A stretch of 64,000 nucleotides of DNA from Heteronotia binoei (Eukaryota): positions 27,714,001 through 27,778,000 of the forward strand of contig NC_083227.1 in assembly GCF_032191835.1 (NCBI RefSeq). The letters are read 5' to 3'. Positions 10,778 through 21,686 of the stretch are shown here, in pieces (position 1 is the first letter of the stretch; each line of letters begins with the position of its first letter). Both the position numbers and the translations under genes were made by a program. Under the pieces are notes generated by a model that was not told the DNA's origin, did not search any database, and was given only the letters and a program-made list of their open reading frames with translations.

Positions 10778-11164
10778 GCTGCAAGAAGACAACTTCAAAA
10801 GTGAACATCAGCCAACATACACCACTGGAAACTGAAACTAGAACTCCATAGGACCAAACCAAATCACACAGATACCAGAGGCAAAGCAGACTGTTCCATT
10901 ACATACAAATAGGTATACAATAAATATACCACAGTGTGGAATGGTAGATTGAAATGTATTTCTCTGGTCTGGAGACAGGGGAGATAGCAAATCACCCATT
11001 TTCAATCTCCACATTTTGACACTGTGTTTTATGCCAAGCTTAAACCCAAACAAATGGTAACTGTATAAAACTAAGATTGTTATTCCTGTTTGGTTCTAGA
11101 ATCTGCTAAACATCTTCCTTATGCTGCATGCTAATTTATTGCTCACGCTCTACCTACATGTATA

Positions 11165-11585
11165 GACTGGTCATTACCATTTCATTGTATCTGAAGAAGT
11201 GTGTGTGCAGATGAAAATTTATACCTTGAATAAAATTGTGTTAGTCTTAAAGGCACCACTGGACTCAGACTTTTTTCTGCTGCTTCAGACCAACGCAGTT
11301 ACCCACCTGAACCTGTTTGACATTGTCTATCTGACTGTCTTTCTGAATTTGTTAATTTTACTATTCTGCTATTGGATTTTAACTTTGTACCACTTTGTAT
11401 TCCAAACCCCACCAGCTATATGTGGCTCTGCTTACTGTACCTCATTCCTTGTCTGAAGAAGTGTGCATGCACACGAAAGCTTGTGTTCTGAATAAAACTA
11501 AGTTGGTCTTAAAGGTGGAATCGACTCCTATTTTGTTCTACTACTTCAGACCAACACTGCTGCCTACTTGGATCTATCTATCTGA
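11165..11585 (+). mobile_element. Two tandem Penelope-like terminal fragments
   Basis: Two diverged direct copies of tctgaagaagtgtg...gaataaaa...gtcttaaagg...cttcagaccaac. Only one copy is present at the paralogous site ~31000-31125. Confidence 0.45.
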
Positions 11586-11904
11586 CTACCTTTACCTTTT
11601 AAACTGATCAGGAAAAGAGCTTACTTCGTGGTGGGTCTCACCAATACTGGGTACCAGTACCTTTTGAGAAGGCTGTCCTAAGTCTGAGGGGGAAGTGGTA
11701 GAAATCAGAGCAATCTGATATAGAGAGGTGCTACCTGGGTTGGTATAGAGCCCTGTGGTGAAGAGTGGTAAAACTGCAGTTCTGGTAAAACTGCAGTACC
11801 CAATACTGGGTACCAGTACCTTTTGAGAAGGCTGTCCTAAGTCTGAGGGGGAAGTGGTAGAAATCAAAGCAATCTGATATAGAGAGGTGCTACCTGGGTT
11901 GGTA

Positions 11905-12186
11905 TAGAGCCCTGTGGTGAAGAGTGGTAAAACTGCAGTTCTGCAGTCCTAAGCTCTGCTCATGACCTGAGTTCGATCCCGGCGGAAGCTGGGTTCAGGT
12001 AGCCAGCTCAAGGTTGACTCAGCCTTCCATCCTTCCGAGGTCGGTAAAATGAGTACCCAGCTTGCTGAGGGGAAAGCATAGATGACTGGGGAAGACAATG
12101 GCAAACCACCCCATGAAAACGTTGAAAAAGCAACATCACCCCAGAGTCGGAAATGACTGGGGCTTGCACAGGGGACTACCTTTACC
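11905..12186 (+). mobile_element. Sauria SINE with TSD
   Basis: Full head-to-tail consensus, flanked by the direct repeat TACCTGGGTTGGTA. Confidence 0.88.
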
Positions 12187-12506
12187 TGGGTTGGTAAATC
12201 TCTGGGGGTGCAGCCTGAGGTTTAGGAAAGGGAGAGACTTCCATGGGATATAATGCCATAGAGTACCCCTTCCAAAGCAGCCGTTTTCTCCCAGTGACCT
12301 GATCTCTGCCACCTGGAGATGAGTTGTAAATAATCCCAGGAGAACTCTAGCCACTGCCTGGAGGCTGACTACCTGACATCTATATGCCTTTTTAAACAAC
12401 AATACTGGGGAAAAACAAATCTCCCTGTTCCTCAGACACACGCAAAGAGTTCTGTTTAACTGCGCTTCCTGTCCTTGGGAGAAAGGCTGGAAGGCTGGGT
12501 TCAGAA

Positions 12507-12920
12507 TAGGGTTGCCAAGTCCAATTCGAGAAATATCTGGGGACTTTGGGAGTGGAGCCAGGAGACTTTAGGGGTGGAGCCAGGAGCAATAGTGTGACAA
12601 GCATAATTGAACTCCAAAAGGAGTTCTAACCATCACATTTAAATGCCTTACCTCCACTGGAAATAATGAAGGATAGGGGCACCTTCTTTTTGGGGCTCAT
12701 AAAATTGGAACCCCTGGTCCAATCGTCTTGAAAACAGAGCCCCAGATACCTGCAGATCAGTTTTGCATTATAGCCTATGGGAATCAGTCTCCGCAGGGAA
12801 TAATGGAGTGCTCAGCAGACACTTTCTTTCCACGCGCCCCGCTTTCTGATGACCCTGAACCGAGGGGAGGGCCTCCAAACCGGGGAATCCCCTGCCCCCA
12901 CCTGGGAATTGACAACCCTA
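12507..12920. mobile_element. hAT-type MITE (TAGGGTTGCCA termini)
   Basis: TIRs plus a perfect 8-bp TSD GTTCAGAA at 12499-12506 and 12921-12928. Empty site gtgttcagaaggctgc at ~49257. Confidence 0.9.
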
Positions 12921-14029
12921 GTTCAGAAGGTTGCTTGAGACTGTTGCTATATTAGAGCTGCTAATCTCCTCAGGTGGGGTAGGGATGCCAACCTCCAGGT
13001 GGGATCCTGCAATCCCCCCAAATTATTATTTTTTTATTTATTTACTTTCAATTCATATCCTGCCCATTCTAAAAGCAGACTCAGGGTGGCTAATAGTCAT
13101 AATAAAACCAACAATCTCAGTTACAAGTATAAAATGATAAAACAAACAATTAACAATTTAAAATAAAATATTAGGTGCTATACAGAATCTTTAAGCATAG
13201 GCAAATCAGGTTATATTACATCTTCTGTTTATCTGTTGGTGGTCCTTCTAGTGATATTGCTCAGCAGCAGCCTTCTCCCACTAGTTAACTTTAGGCCAGT
13301 TGAAAAAGTTAAGTTTTACATGCCCTGCGGAATTGGGAGAGATCCTGCAGGGCTCTTACAGCTTCAGGGAGAGCATTCCACCTGGCCCCACTGATGGACC
13401 TCCTGGCACCTGGCTTTTTTGTTTTTTGGCCACTGTGTGACACAGAGTGTTGGACTGGATGGGCCATAGGCCTGATCCAACATGGGCTCTCTTAACGTTC
13501 TCGTCTCCAGAGGACAGAAGTCAGTTTCCCTGGGGGAAATGGAAGCTTTGGATGGTGGATTCTGTGGCATTGTACCCCACTGAATTCCCTGCCTTTCCAG
13601 AGGGGTCCATCCTCAAATCATCAGGAGCATCCTAACCTGGATCTGCAACCCTACCCCCCTGTTGCCTGGTCTCCCCCTCCCCCCGGCCACTAGTAGGGGA
13701 TGATTAGGGGTAGGGTTGCAGGGAGTGGGAGACCAGGCAACCCTAAGGTGGGCCCTGGAAATCTCCAAGAACTACAACTGATCACCACACTACAGAGATC
13801 AATTGTCCAGGAAAACACCTTGCTGCGATCGCTACCCTTCACCAAACCTCACCATCTCTAGGCCCCACCCCATGAATCACCTGGAATTGCCTTATCTGGA
13901 GTTGGCAGCCGTAGTCCTCTGCTACCGATCTCACTGGACATCTGAACATAACATAAGAGAAGCCATGTTGGATCAGGCCTATGGCCCATCCAGTCCAACA
14001 CTTTGTGTCACACAGTGGCCCAAAAAATT

Positions 14030-14194
14030 NNNNNNNNNNNNNNNNNNNNNNNNNNNNNNNNNNNNNNNNNNNNNNNNNNNNNNNNNNNNNNNNNNNNNNN
14101 NNNNNNNNNNNNNNNNNNNNNNNNNNNNNNNNNNNNNNNNNNNNNNNNNNNNNNNNNNNNNNNNNNNNNNNNNNNNNNNNNNNNNNNNNNNNNN
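14030..14194. other. Assembly gap (N run)
   Basis: 165 Ns inside the CR1 3'UTR. Confidence 1.
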
Positions 14195-15872
14195 CTGATG
14201 TACCTCCGCTCCATATTTTTATCTAACCCCCTCTTGAAGCTGGCTATGCTTGTAGCCGCCACCACCTCCTGTGGCAGTGAATTCCACATGTTACTCACCC
14301 TTTGGGTGAAGTACTTCCTTTTATCCGTTTTAACTTGACTGCTCAGCAATTTCATCAAATGCCCACGAGTTCTTGTATTGTGAGAAAGAGAGAAAAGGAC
14401 TTCTATTTTCTCCATCCCATGCATAATCTTGTAAACCTCTATCATGACACCCCACAGGCGACATTTCTCCAAGCTAAAGAGCCCCAAGTGTTTTAACCTT
14501 TCTTCATATGGAAACTGTTCCAACCCTTTAATCATTCTAGTTGCCCTTCTCTGCACTTTTTCCAATGCTATAATATCCTTTTTGAGGTGCGGTGACCAGA
14601 ATTGTACACAGTATTTCAAATGAGACCGCACCATCGATTTTTACAGGGGCATTATGATACTGGCTGATTTGTTTTCAATTCCCTTCCTAATAATTCCCAG
14701 CATGGCGTTGGCCTTTTTTATTGTAATCTCACACTGTCTTGACATTTTCAGTGAGTTATCTACCACGACCCCAAGATCTCTCTCTTGGTCAGTCTCTGCC
14801 AGTTCACACTCCATCAACTTGTATTTGTAGCTGGGATTTTTGGCCCCAATGTGCATTACTTCGCCCTTGGCCACAGTGAACCTCATCTGCCACGTTGATG
14901 CCCACTCACCCAGCCTCAACAGATCCCTTTGGAGTGCCTCACAATCCTCTCTGGTTCTCACCACCCTGAACAATTTAGTGCCATCTGCAAACTTGGCCAC
15001 TTCACTGCTTACTCCCAACTCCAAATTGTTTATGAGGAAGTTAAAGAGCATGGGACCCAGTACTGAGCCCTGCGGCACCCCACTGCTTACTGTCCTCCAC
15101 TGCGAAGACTGCCCATTTGTACTCACTCTCTGCTTCCTATTAATTAGCCAGTTTTTGATCCACAAGAGGACCTGTCCTTCTACTCCATGACTCTCAAGCT
15201 TACTAAGGAGCCTTTGATGAGGAACTTTTATCAAAAGCTTTCTGGAAGTCAAGGTAAACAACATCTATTGGGTCTCCTTTGTTCACCCCCTCAAAAAAAT
15301 GGAACAGGTGAGTGAGGCAAGATCTTCCCTTACAGAACCCATGCTGAGTCTTCCTCAATAACCCATGTTCATCAATGTGCCTACTCATTCTGTTCATGAT
15401 AATGGTTTCTACCAACTTTCCCGGTATTGAAGTCAGATTGACTGGCCTGTAATTTCCCGGATCTCCTCTGGAACCCTTTTTAAAGATGGGGGTGACATTT
15501 GCTACCTTCCAGTCCTCAGGAACGGAGGCAGATTTCAATGAAAGATTACATATTTTTGTTAGAATATCCACAAGTTCAACTTTGAGTTCTTTCAGAACTC
15601 TTCGATGTATGCCATCCGGACCTGGTGGCTTATTAGTTTTTAATTTGTCTATCAGTTGTAGGACCTCCTCTCTTGTCACCTCAATCTGACTCAGGTCTTT
15701 CAACACCCCTTCCAAAATAAGTGGTTCTGGAGCAGGCAAGCACTTCTCATCTTCCACAGTGAAGAGGCAAAAAATGGATTCAGCTTCTCAGCTATTTCCC
15801 TATCCTCCTTCAGTAATCCTTTTACCCCTTGGTCATCCAAGGGTCCCACTGCCTCCCTGGCTGGTTTCCTGC

Positions 15873-15877
<5 letters not shown>

Positions 15878-15938
<61 letters not shown>
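15878..15938. repeat. (TA)n microsatellite
   Basis: About 30 TA units at the tail of the nested L1 fragment. Confidence 0.98.
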
Positions 15939-15939
<1 letters not shown>

Positions 15940-16318
15940 TTTAAATTTTTTATTAATTTTTCAACCAAAACCAACAATCAAATACACACTCAACAACAAA
16001 TACTTACAATGATATACGTACATTATAGTCATGGCATAAATATCATTCATGTTAAGTAGAGCGCCTCTAAACCCTTTGATTGTTTTCCACTGTTACACAT
16101 TTCACCCATGTTTATAGTACATTATCATTCAATAAATAACTTATAATTTGTAATATAAAAGAATCTTCAATAATATGAAAAATTAATATACTTTTTTGGA
16201 ATATATTTTTCAAAATCTTCTTCTAAATTTATATAGTTAAAGAAAGGAAACCATTTCTCAATAAAGTTATTGTTCTTCTGTTGTATGTCTAATACTCTTA
16301 TTTGTATAGCTAATTTAT
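15884..16318 (-). mobile_element. L1 3' fragment nested in the CR1
   Basis: Minus frame DKLAIQIRVLDIQQKNNNFIEKWFPFFNY resembles the L1 ORF2 end. AATAAA before the (TA)n tail. 15-bp TSD CTGCTTCTAATATAT at 15869-15883 and 16319-16333. Confidence 0.75.
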
Positions 16319-16493
16319 CTGCTTCTAATATATTTGAAGAAATTTTTATTGTTGGTCTTTGTTTTTTGCAATATGCTCCTCATAGTCCCTTTTTGCCTGC
16401 CTGATCAGAGTCTTGCATTTGATTTGCCACAGCCTGTGTTCCCTTTTATTAATCTCACTTGGACTAGCTTTCCACCACTTAAAGGAGTCCTTC

Positions 16494-18871
16494 TAGGGTG
16501 GCCAGATCGTCCCGGTTGCCCGGGAAAGTCCCGATTCTGGCTCCCAATTCCCGCCTCCCGGGCTGGCTAAACCGGGACCATTAGAGGTCCCGGTTTAGCC
16601 GGCGGGCCGCGCGCGCGGTCGGGGAAGGCGGCGAGTGAGGGACCGAGTGTCCCTGCGCGTGCGCACGGCGGTGTGGCAGGCTCTGCGCATGCGCGGGGCC
16701 AGGAGAGTGGGCGGCGTAGGGCCCGCCACACCGCCGTGCGCACGCGCAGGGACGCTCGGTCCCTCACTCGCCGCCTTCCCCGACCGCACGCGCGGCCCAC
16801 CGGCTCCTCTCGCTGGCGTAGGGCCCCGGCGGCGGCAGAGGGGGAGGCGGCGGCGGAGGCCGTGGCCGGAGCGGGAGGCAGGCCGGCAGTGCCTGCGGTG
16901 GCGTGGCGGGAGGCCCTGGGTCGGTGGGCTCGGCCGCCTCCTCCTCAGCCGCCGCCAGCAGCACCAGCCGCCACTGCGCCTCCTGGCCAGCCCGCCCGCC
17001 CGGAGGGGAAGCCGTGCCCTGGGAGAAGGTAAGCCGGGCCCGGCAGGCAGGGAGGGAGGGGGCCGAAAGCGGGGGGGGCGGCTGGCGNNNNNNNNNNNNN
17101 NNNNNNNNNNNNNNNNNNNNNNNNNNNNNNNNNNNNNNNNNNNNNNNNNNNNNNNNNNNNNNNNNNNNNNNNNNNNNNNNNNNNNNNNNNNNNNNNNNNN
17201 NNNNNNNNNNNNNNNNNNNNNNNNNNNNNNNNNNNNNNNNNNNNNNNNNNNNNNNNNNNNNNNNNNNNNNNNNNNNNNNNNNNNNNNNNTCCGATGTTCA
17301 TGTCTTGCGGCTCTCAAACATCTGACCTTTATTCTGTGTTGCTCTTTTGTTAAGCAACTCTGGCCACCCCTGGAGTAGACAATACTGACTTTGGTGGACC
17401 CAAGCACTGATTCAGTGTAAGGGAGCTTTGTGTTTGTGTCTTCTGGTGCAATTTTGTTCTCAAATCCTGCATTTACTTCATCAGTATATGGGATAAGGCA
17501 CTTTCTCAACTGTGCTACATAATGCAGCCTATTTATTTTGTCCTGTTTGCTCTGTTGGCTCTATCTGCACCACCTTCATCACTTTCGGGGTGTGGATCCC
17601 CCAGTGGGGTGGGCTCCCGACTCCCTCCGCCGGCTGTTTCTGATAGCCCTGCGCCCCCTCTTTCATTTGATATGTGTCCCGTGCGGGTGCCACCCTCCCG
17701 CCGGGAGATGCCGCAAAATGAGCCCCCTTGAGGCTTATGGCGGCAGGGCTCGGGGGAAGCGAGCTAGACTGCTGTTCTTTTGAGGGGTTATAGAGTGTTT
17801 CGAGCCCGTCCCTGTGGCATCGGTCCCATCGTTGTGGGACCCAGGGGGCCGGCGCAGCGGCCCGCTGAAGCAGCCTGTCGGTCACTTCCGGGTTCCTGTC
17901 CTGCATCTCGACCTGTGTTATTAGTGACAGGCTGCTTCGGCGGGCCGCTGCGCCGGCCCCCTGGGTCCCACAACGATGGGACCGATGCCACAGGGACGGG
18001 CTCGAAACACTCTATAACCCCTCAAAAGAACAGCAGTCTAGCTCGCTTCCCCCGAGCCCTGCCGCCATAAGCCTCAAGGGGGCTCATTTTGCGGCATCTC
18101 CCGGCGGGAGGGTGGCACCCGCACGGGACACATATCAAATGAAAGAGGGGGCGCAGGGCTATCAGAAACAGCCAGCGGAGGGAGTCGGGAGACCACCCCA
18201 CTGGGGGATCCACACCCCGAAAGTGATGAAGGTGGCGCAGATAGAGCCAACAGAGCAAACAGGACAAAAGGGCGGGGTATAAATCTTAATATAAATAAAT
18301 AAATAAATAAATAAATAAAATAGGCTGCATTATGCAGCACAGTCTCACTGGAATCTCACTGGAATCTGACTGGCTTCTCAGCGTGGAACCCGTTCTCTCT
18401 AGTCTTCTCACTTTGAAAAAAGTAAAAAAAAGAGTTTTATTTAACTTTATTTCCCCCTTTCCCTCTCTATAAATAATCTTGGTGTTTCCGGCGGTGATAT
18501 TTGGGGGATTTTTGGGGACGTCACAGGAAGTGCTGTGAAGTCACTTCCTGTTTCCGGCAGTGGCATTTGTGGGAAATGATGTCATTTGTGGGAAATGATG
18601 TCACAGGAAGTGATGCCACTTCCTGCTTCCGGCAGGTGGCGCGGTGAAAATGATGTCACAGGAAGTGATGTCACTTCCTGCTTCCGGCAGGTGGCGCGGG
18701 GAAAATGATGTCACAGGAAGTGATGTCACTTCCTGTTTCCAGCGGTGGCATGCCGTCACTGGAAGTGACGTCACTTCCTGTTTCTGGCGTCTTGCGCTGC
18801 GCGCAGCGCGCACACATTCCTTCCCCCCTCAAGGTGTCCCTGGCTGGCCTGCAGATATTATGGCCACCCTA
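16494..18871. mobile_element. 2.4-kb non-autonomous hAT element nested in the CR1
   Basis: TIRs TAGGGTGGCCA/TGGCCACCCTA and a perfect 8-bp TSD AGTCCTTC at 16486-16493 and 18872-18879. No transposase ORF. GC-rich interior with inverted repeats. Confidence 0.9.
17088..17289. other. Assembly gap (N run)
   Basis: 202 Ns inside the GC-rich hAT interior. Confidence 1.
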
Positions 18872-20182
18872 AGTCCTTCTTACCTTTTACAGCTTCCATT
18901 ACTTTGTTAACCATGCAGGCCTTTTCTTATACCTGTTTGTGCCTTTCCTAATTTGTGGTATATATTTTATCTGAGCTTCTTGGATTGTAGTTTTAAATAG
19001 CATCCAAGCTTCCCCAAGGGTTTTGACTGTATTTACCTTTCCTTTCAGTTTTACCTGGACAACAGATGCATAGATAAAAGGATGTAGAATTCTATAAATA
19101 TCCTAAGGAACGATCTACGTTTTTTTCCTCCTCAGTATCGGGGTCTTCAGCCTGGGCTCCTGCTGTGTCCCTCTAGGCCCCTAAGCCCCAGTAAAGTGTG
19201 CCTCCCCTCCCCATGCGGCACTGAAGCCGAGGCAGTGAATGGAGCCCAAAGGCTGGGAGGCATCCAAAGAGGGAGAGATCTGAAACAGGAGTTAATTTAT
19301 TTATTGAGAAAACTTGGATGCTGCCTGTTCAGAGACACTGATGCTCCTCTAAAAAATCAGAGTGGATTATGGAATTTGAACAGCGGGTGGGCAATGAACT
19401 TTTCCTGCGATCTTTCGTGATAAAACAGCTTGCCAAGACAGCAGCACTCTAGGAATCTCCCCTTCCTTGAGACCTAGGAAGAAGCTAAGAGCATCCTTAT
19501 CCCACAGCTGACGTATGTTGGGGAGCCCCAGAGACTAAAGAAGTAAGATGAGCACCCCGACCTGATCCCCCTACACTGTTCTTTTTCCAATGTTAGCTTT
19601 CCTGACTCAGCTCACTTCACTAGATGTGGACACGAAGAGAAGTGGTTTGCACATTTCTACAACAGCCAGCTCCACCTCTGGTAAACAGGTAGGCTTAGTA
19701 CTTACTGGGTCCCAGAGTGACAGAAGCAAACCTGGGTGCACGAGTTAGCATGAATTCTTCCCCCTACCAGATATAGAAGGGCTGTCTTCTGTAAGCTGAG
19801 ACCTGGTGAGTTTGGTCCAACAAGCCATTGTGCCTTATAGGCTGCTCGATTGAGAACAGCCAGCTTTACTGAAGTTGGATGCTACATTTCTGGCAACAAC
19901 TCCTCTTTCGCTGGATGATTTCTGGTCATTTAAAAAAACTAACACTGCAAAAATGAAATGCGTTGGGAGTTTTTTCTTGTTCAAACCATCTGTGACTTTT
20001 GAAAATTCTTCCTTTCTTTGCTGCCCATTGTCAAACCATATTTACCCCTCTGTCATATTTTCCCAGGCAGAAATATATGTACTACACTTTGTGACAAAGA
20101 ACCCTTTTGGGATTTTTTGGGGGGGCGGGGGGAAGAGGGGAGAGGGTTTTTTCATGTTAGATTTGTTTAGTCTTTGGCATCA

Positions 20183-20456
20183 AGAAGATGAAGAAGATAT
20201 TGGATTTATATCCCGCCCTCCACTCCGAAGAGTCTCAGAGTGGCTCACAATCTCCTTTACCTTCCTCCCCCACAACAGACACCCTGTGAGGTGGGTGAGG
20301 CTGAGAGGGCTCTCACAGCAGCTGCCCTTTCAAGGACAACCTCTGCCAGGGCTATGGCTGACCCAAGGCCATGCCAGCAGGTGCAAGTGGAGGAGTGGGG
20401 AATCAAACCCGGCTCTCCCAGATAAGAGTCCATACACTTAACCACTACACCAAACT
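20183..20456 (-). mobile_element. Squam3-like SINE
   Basis: Same consensus as 3511-3788. Confidence 0.85.
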
Positions 20457-21387
20457 GCATCAGCACTTTAATCATACACATCTCTTCATTGTAGTGTATT
20501 TATTTGCATCAGTATGTCGATTTTTTGTTTAGTGCTTGATATATCTTGACACCATTCTTTCTCATTTGTTTATTGTATAATTTTGAATTGTTAATAAACT
20601 TTTGACGTTAACCCCCCCACCATATTTATCGCATATAAAACCTGCACTCAAAATTTATATTACTCCCTCAAAATTTCTGCCGTCCCATTTCTTCCTGTCC
20701 ACTCTATTTTGATCTTATATAAATCACCTTTCTACTGAAGCACAAGCTATTAAAACCCTTTAAAACAAAGGAATTGCAAATAGAGACAGAGAAAAACAGG
20801 GTTATGGACAGTCCAAAGCTTTTCCTGCTTAATTTTGTAGCATCTGAAAAAGACTTCACCGAAATAAATATTTCCTCATAAACATGAATAGTATATCTCT
20901 TATTAAATTTATAGAGAGAACAACTTCAAACACACTGAATGACAGTACAAAACATAAGGAAGGGTACACAGCTACAAAAGTCCATTCCAAATGGTATAAC
21001 TATTGAAGCCATGCAGATTTAAAGAGATAGCAGACCCACAGAATCCCAAAAGCTATTTGGAATGGACTTTTGTAGCTGCGAACTCTTAAGTTTTGCATTG
21101 TCATTCAGTGTGTTTCAACTTTAGTAAGATATATACTATTTACATTTATGAGGAAATATTTATTCTGGTGAAGTCTTTTTCAGTTGTTAGTACACCGGAA
21201 CCTGTCTTTAATATTCTAATTTTGTAGCATGGCTGGAGGATGATTTGCAGTCATTTGGAAACGGGTTTTGGACACTCAACACACATGAAACAGCCATGAC
21301 AGGCAACATCAGTCTCTCAGCTTTCAAGACAGGACACAGATCTCAGCTAGGAAGGCTTAGAAATAGTCATCTTGGTTGCCTATGGAG

Positions 21388-21686
21388 CAGGGGTGGCCAA
21401 ACTTGCTTAATGTAAGAGCCATATAAAATCAACATCATATTTGAGAGCCACAAGACATGAATGTCAAATGTTTGAGAGAAGGAAGGAAGGCGAACAGATG
21501 GGGAGGGAGGGGAGGTGGGAAGAAAGCAACTTTAACTTTAAATGCATTCTCCAAGCCACCTGCAGGCTTGGCTATAGAGACAAATGCCTTCTCCAATCCA
21601 GCCAACAGGGCAGTGGAGGTTTCAAGAGCCACAAAATATGTGTGAGAGCCACATGTTACTCCCGAGCTGCAGTTTGGCCACCCTTG
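21388..21686. mobile_element. hAT-Charlie-type MITE
   Basis: TIRs CAGGGGTGGCCAAAC/GTTTGGCCACCCTTG and TSD CTATGGAG. Empty site gcctgtggagtgttag at ~37380. Confidence 0.85.

Larger units (their letters stand above)
13945..19052 (-). mobile_element. 5'-truncated CR1 LINE with frameshifted ORF2, interrupted by nested insertions
   Basis: ORFs 15203-15757, 14641-15264 and 14008-14634 carry RT motifs (PGPDG, YRPVNLTS, LDFQKAFD, GVPQGSVLGP, FADGTK for FADD). 3' tail ttatgttatgtt at ~13945. CR1 sequence resumes at 16334-16493 and 18880-19052. Confidence 0.92.

Noticed and set aside
14030-14194. Gaps at the same CR1 position in two copies (also 48262-48433)
   Set aside because: Probably an assembly difficulty at a (TG/TA)n tract in the CR1 3'UTR, visible intact at ~58895-58930. 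Not biological signal.
13945-14950. Possibility that the CR1s at 13945 and 48208 are one insertion copied with the gene duplication
   Set aside because: Their flanks and 5' truncation points differ, and each site maps to a different position in the paralogous spacer.
15829-16059. ORF with an IYIYIY run
   Set aside because: Translation of the (TA)n microsatellite.
16595-17509. Long Arg/Pro/Ala-rich ORFs (304 aa, 247 aa)
   Set aside because: They span an N gap and lie in GC-rich inverted repeats, where stop codons are rare. No transposase motifs.
18517-18785. Repeat-spacer pattern superficially like a CRISPR array
   Set aside because: Vertebrate context, spacers are themselves repetitive, and the array is inside a hAT element with no cas genes.
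19590-19700. Possible plus-strand exon (cag|...cag|gtaggc)
   Set aside because: Isolated splice-like dinucleotides with no recognisable peptide or partner exons.
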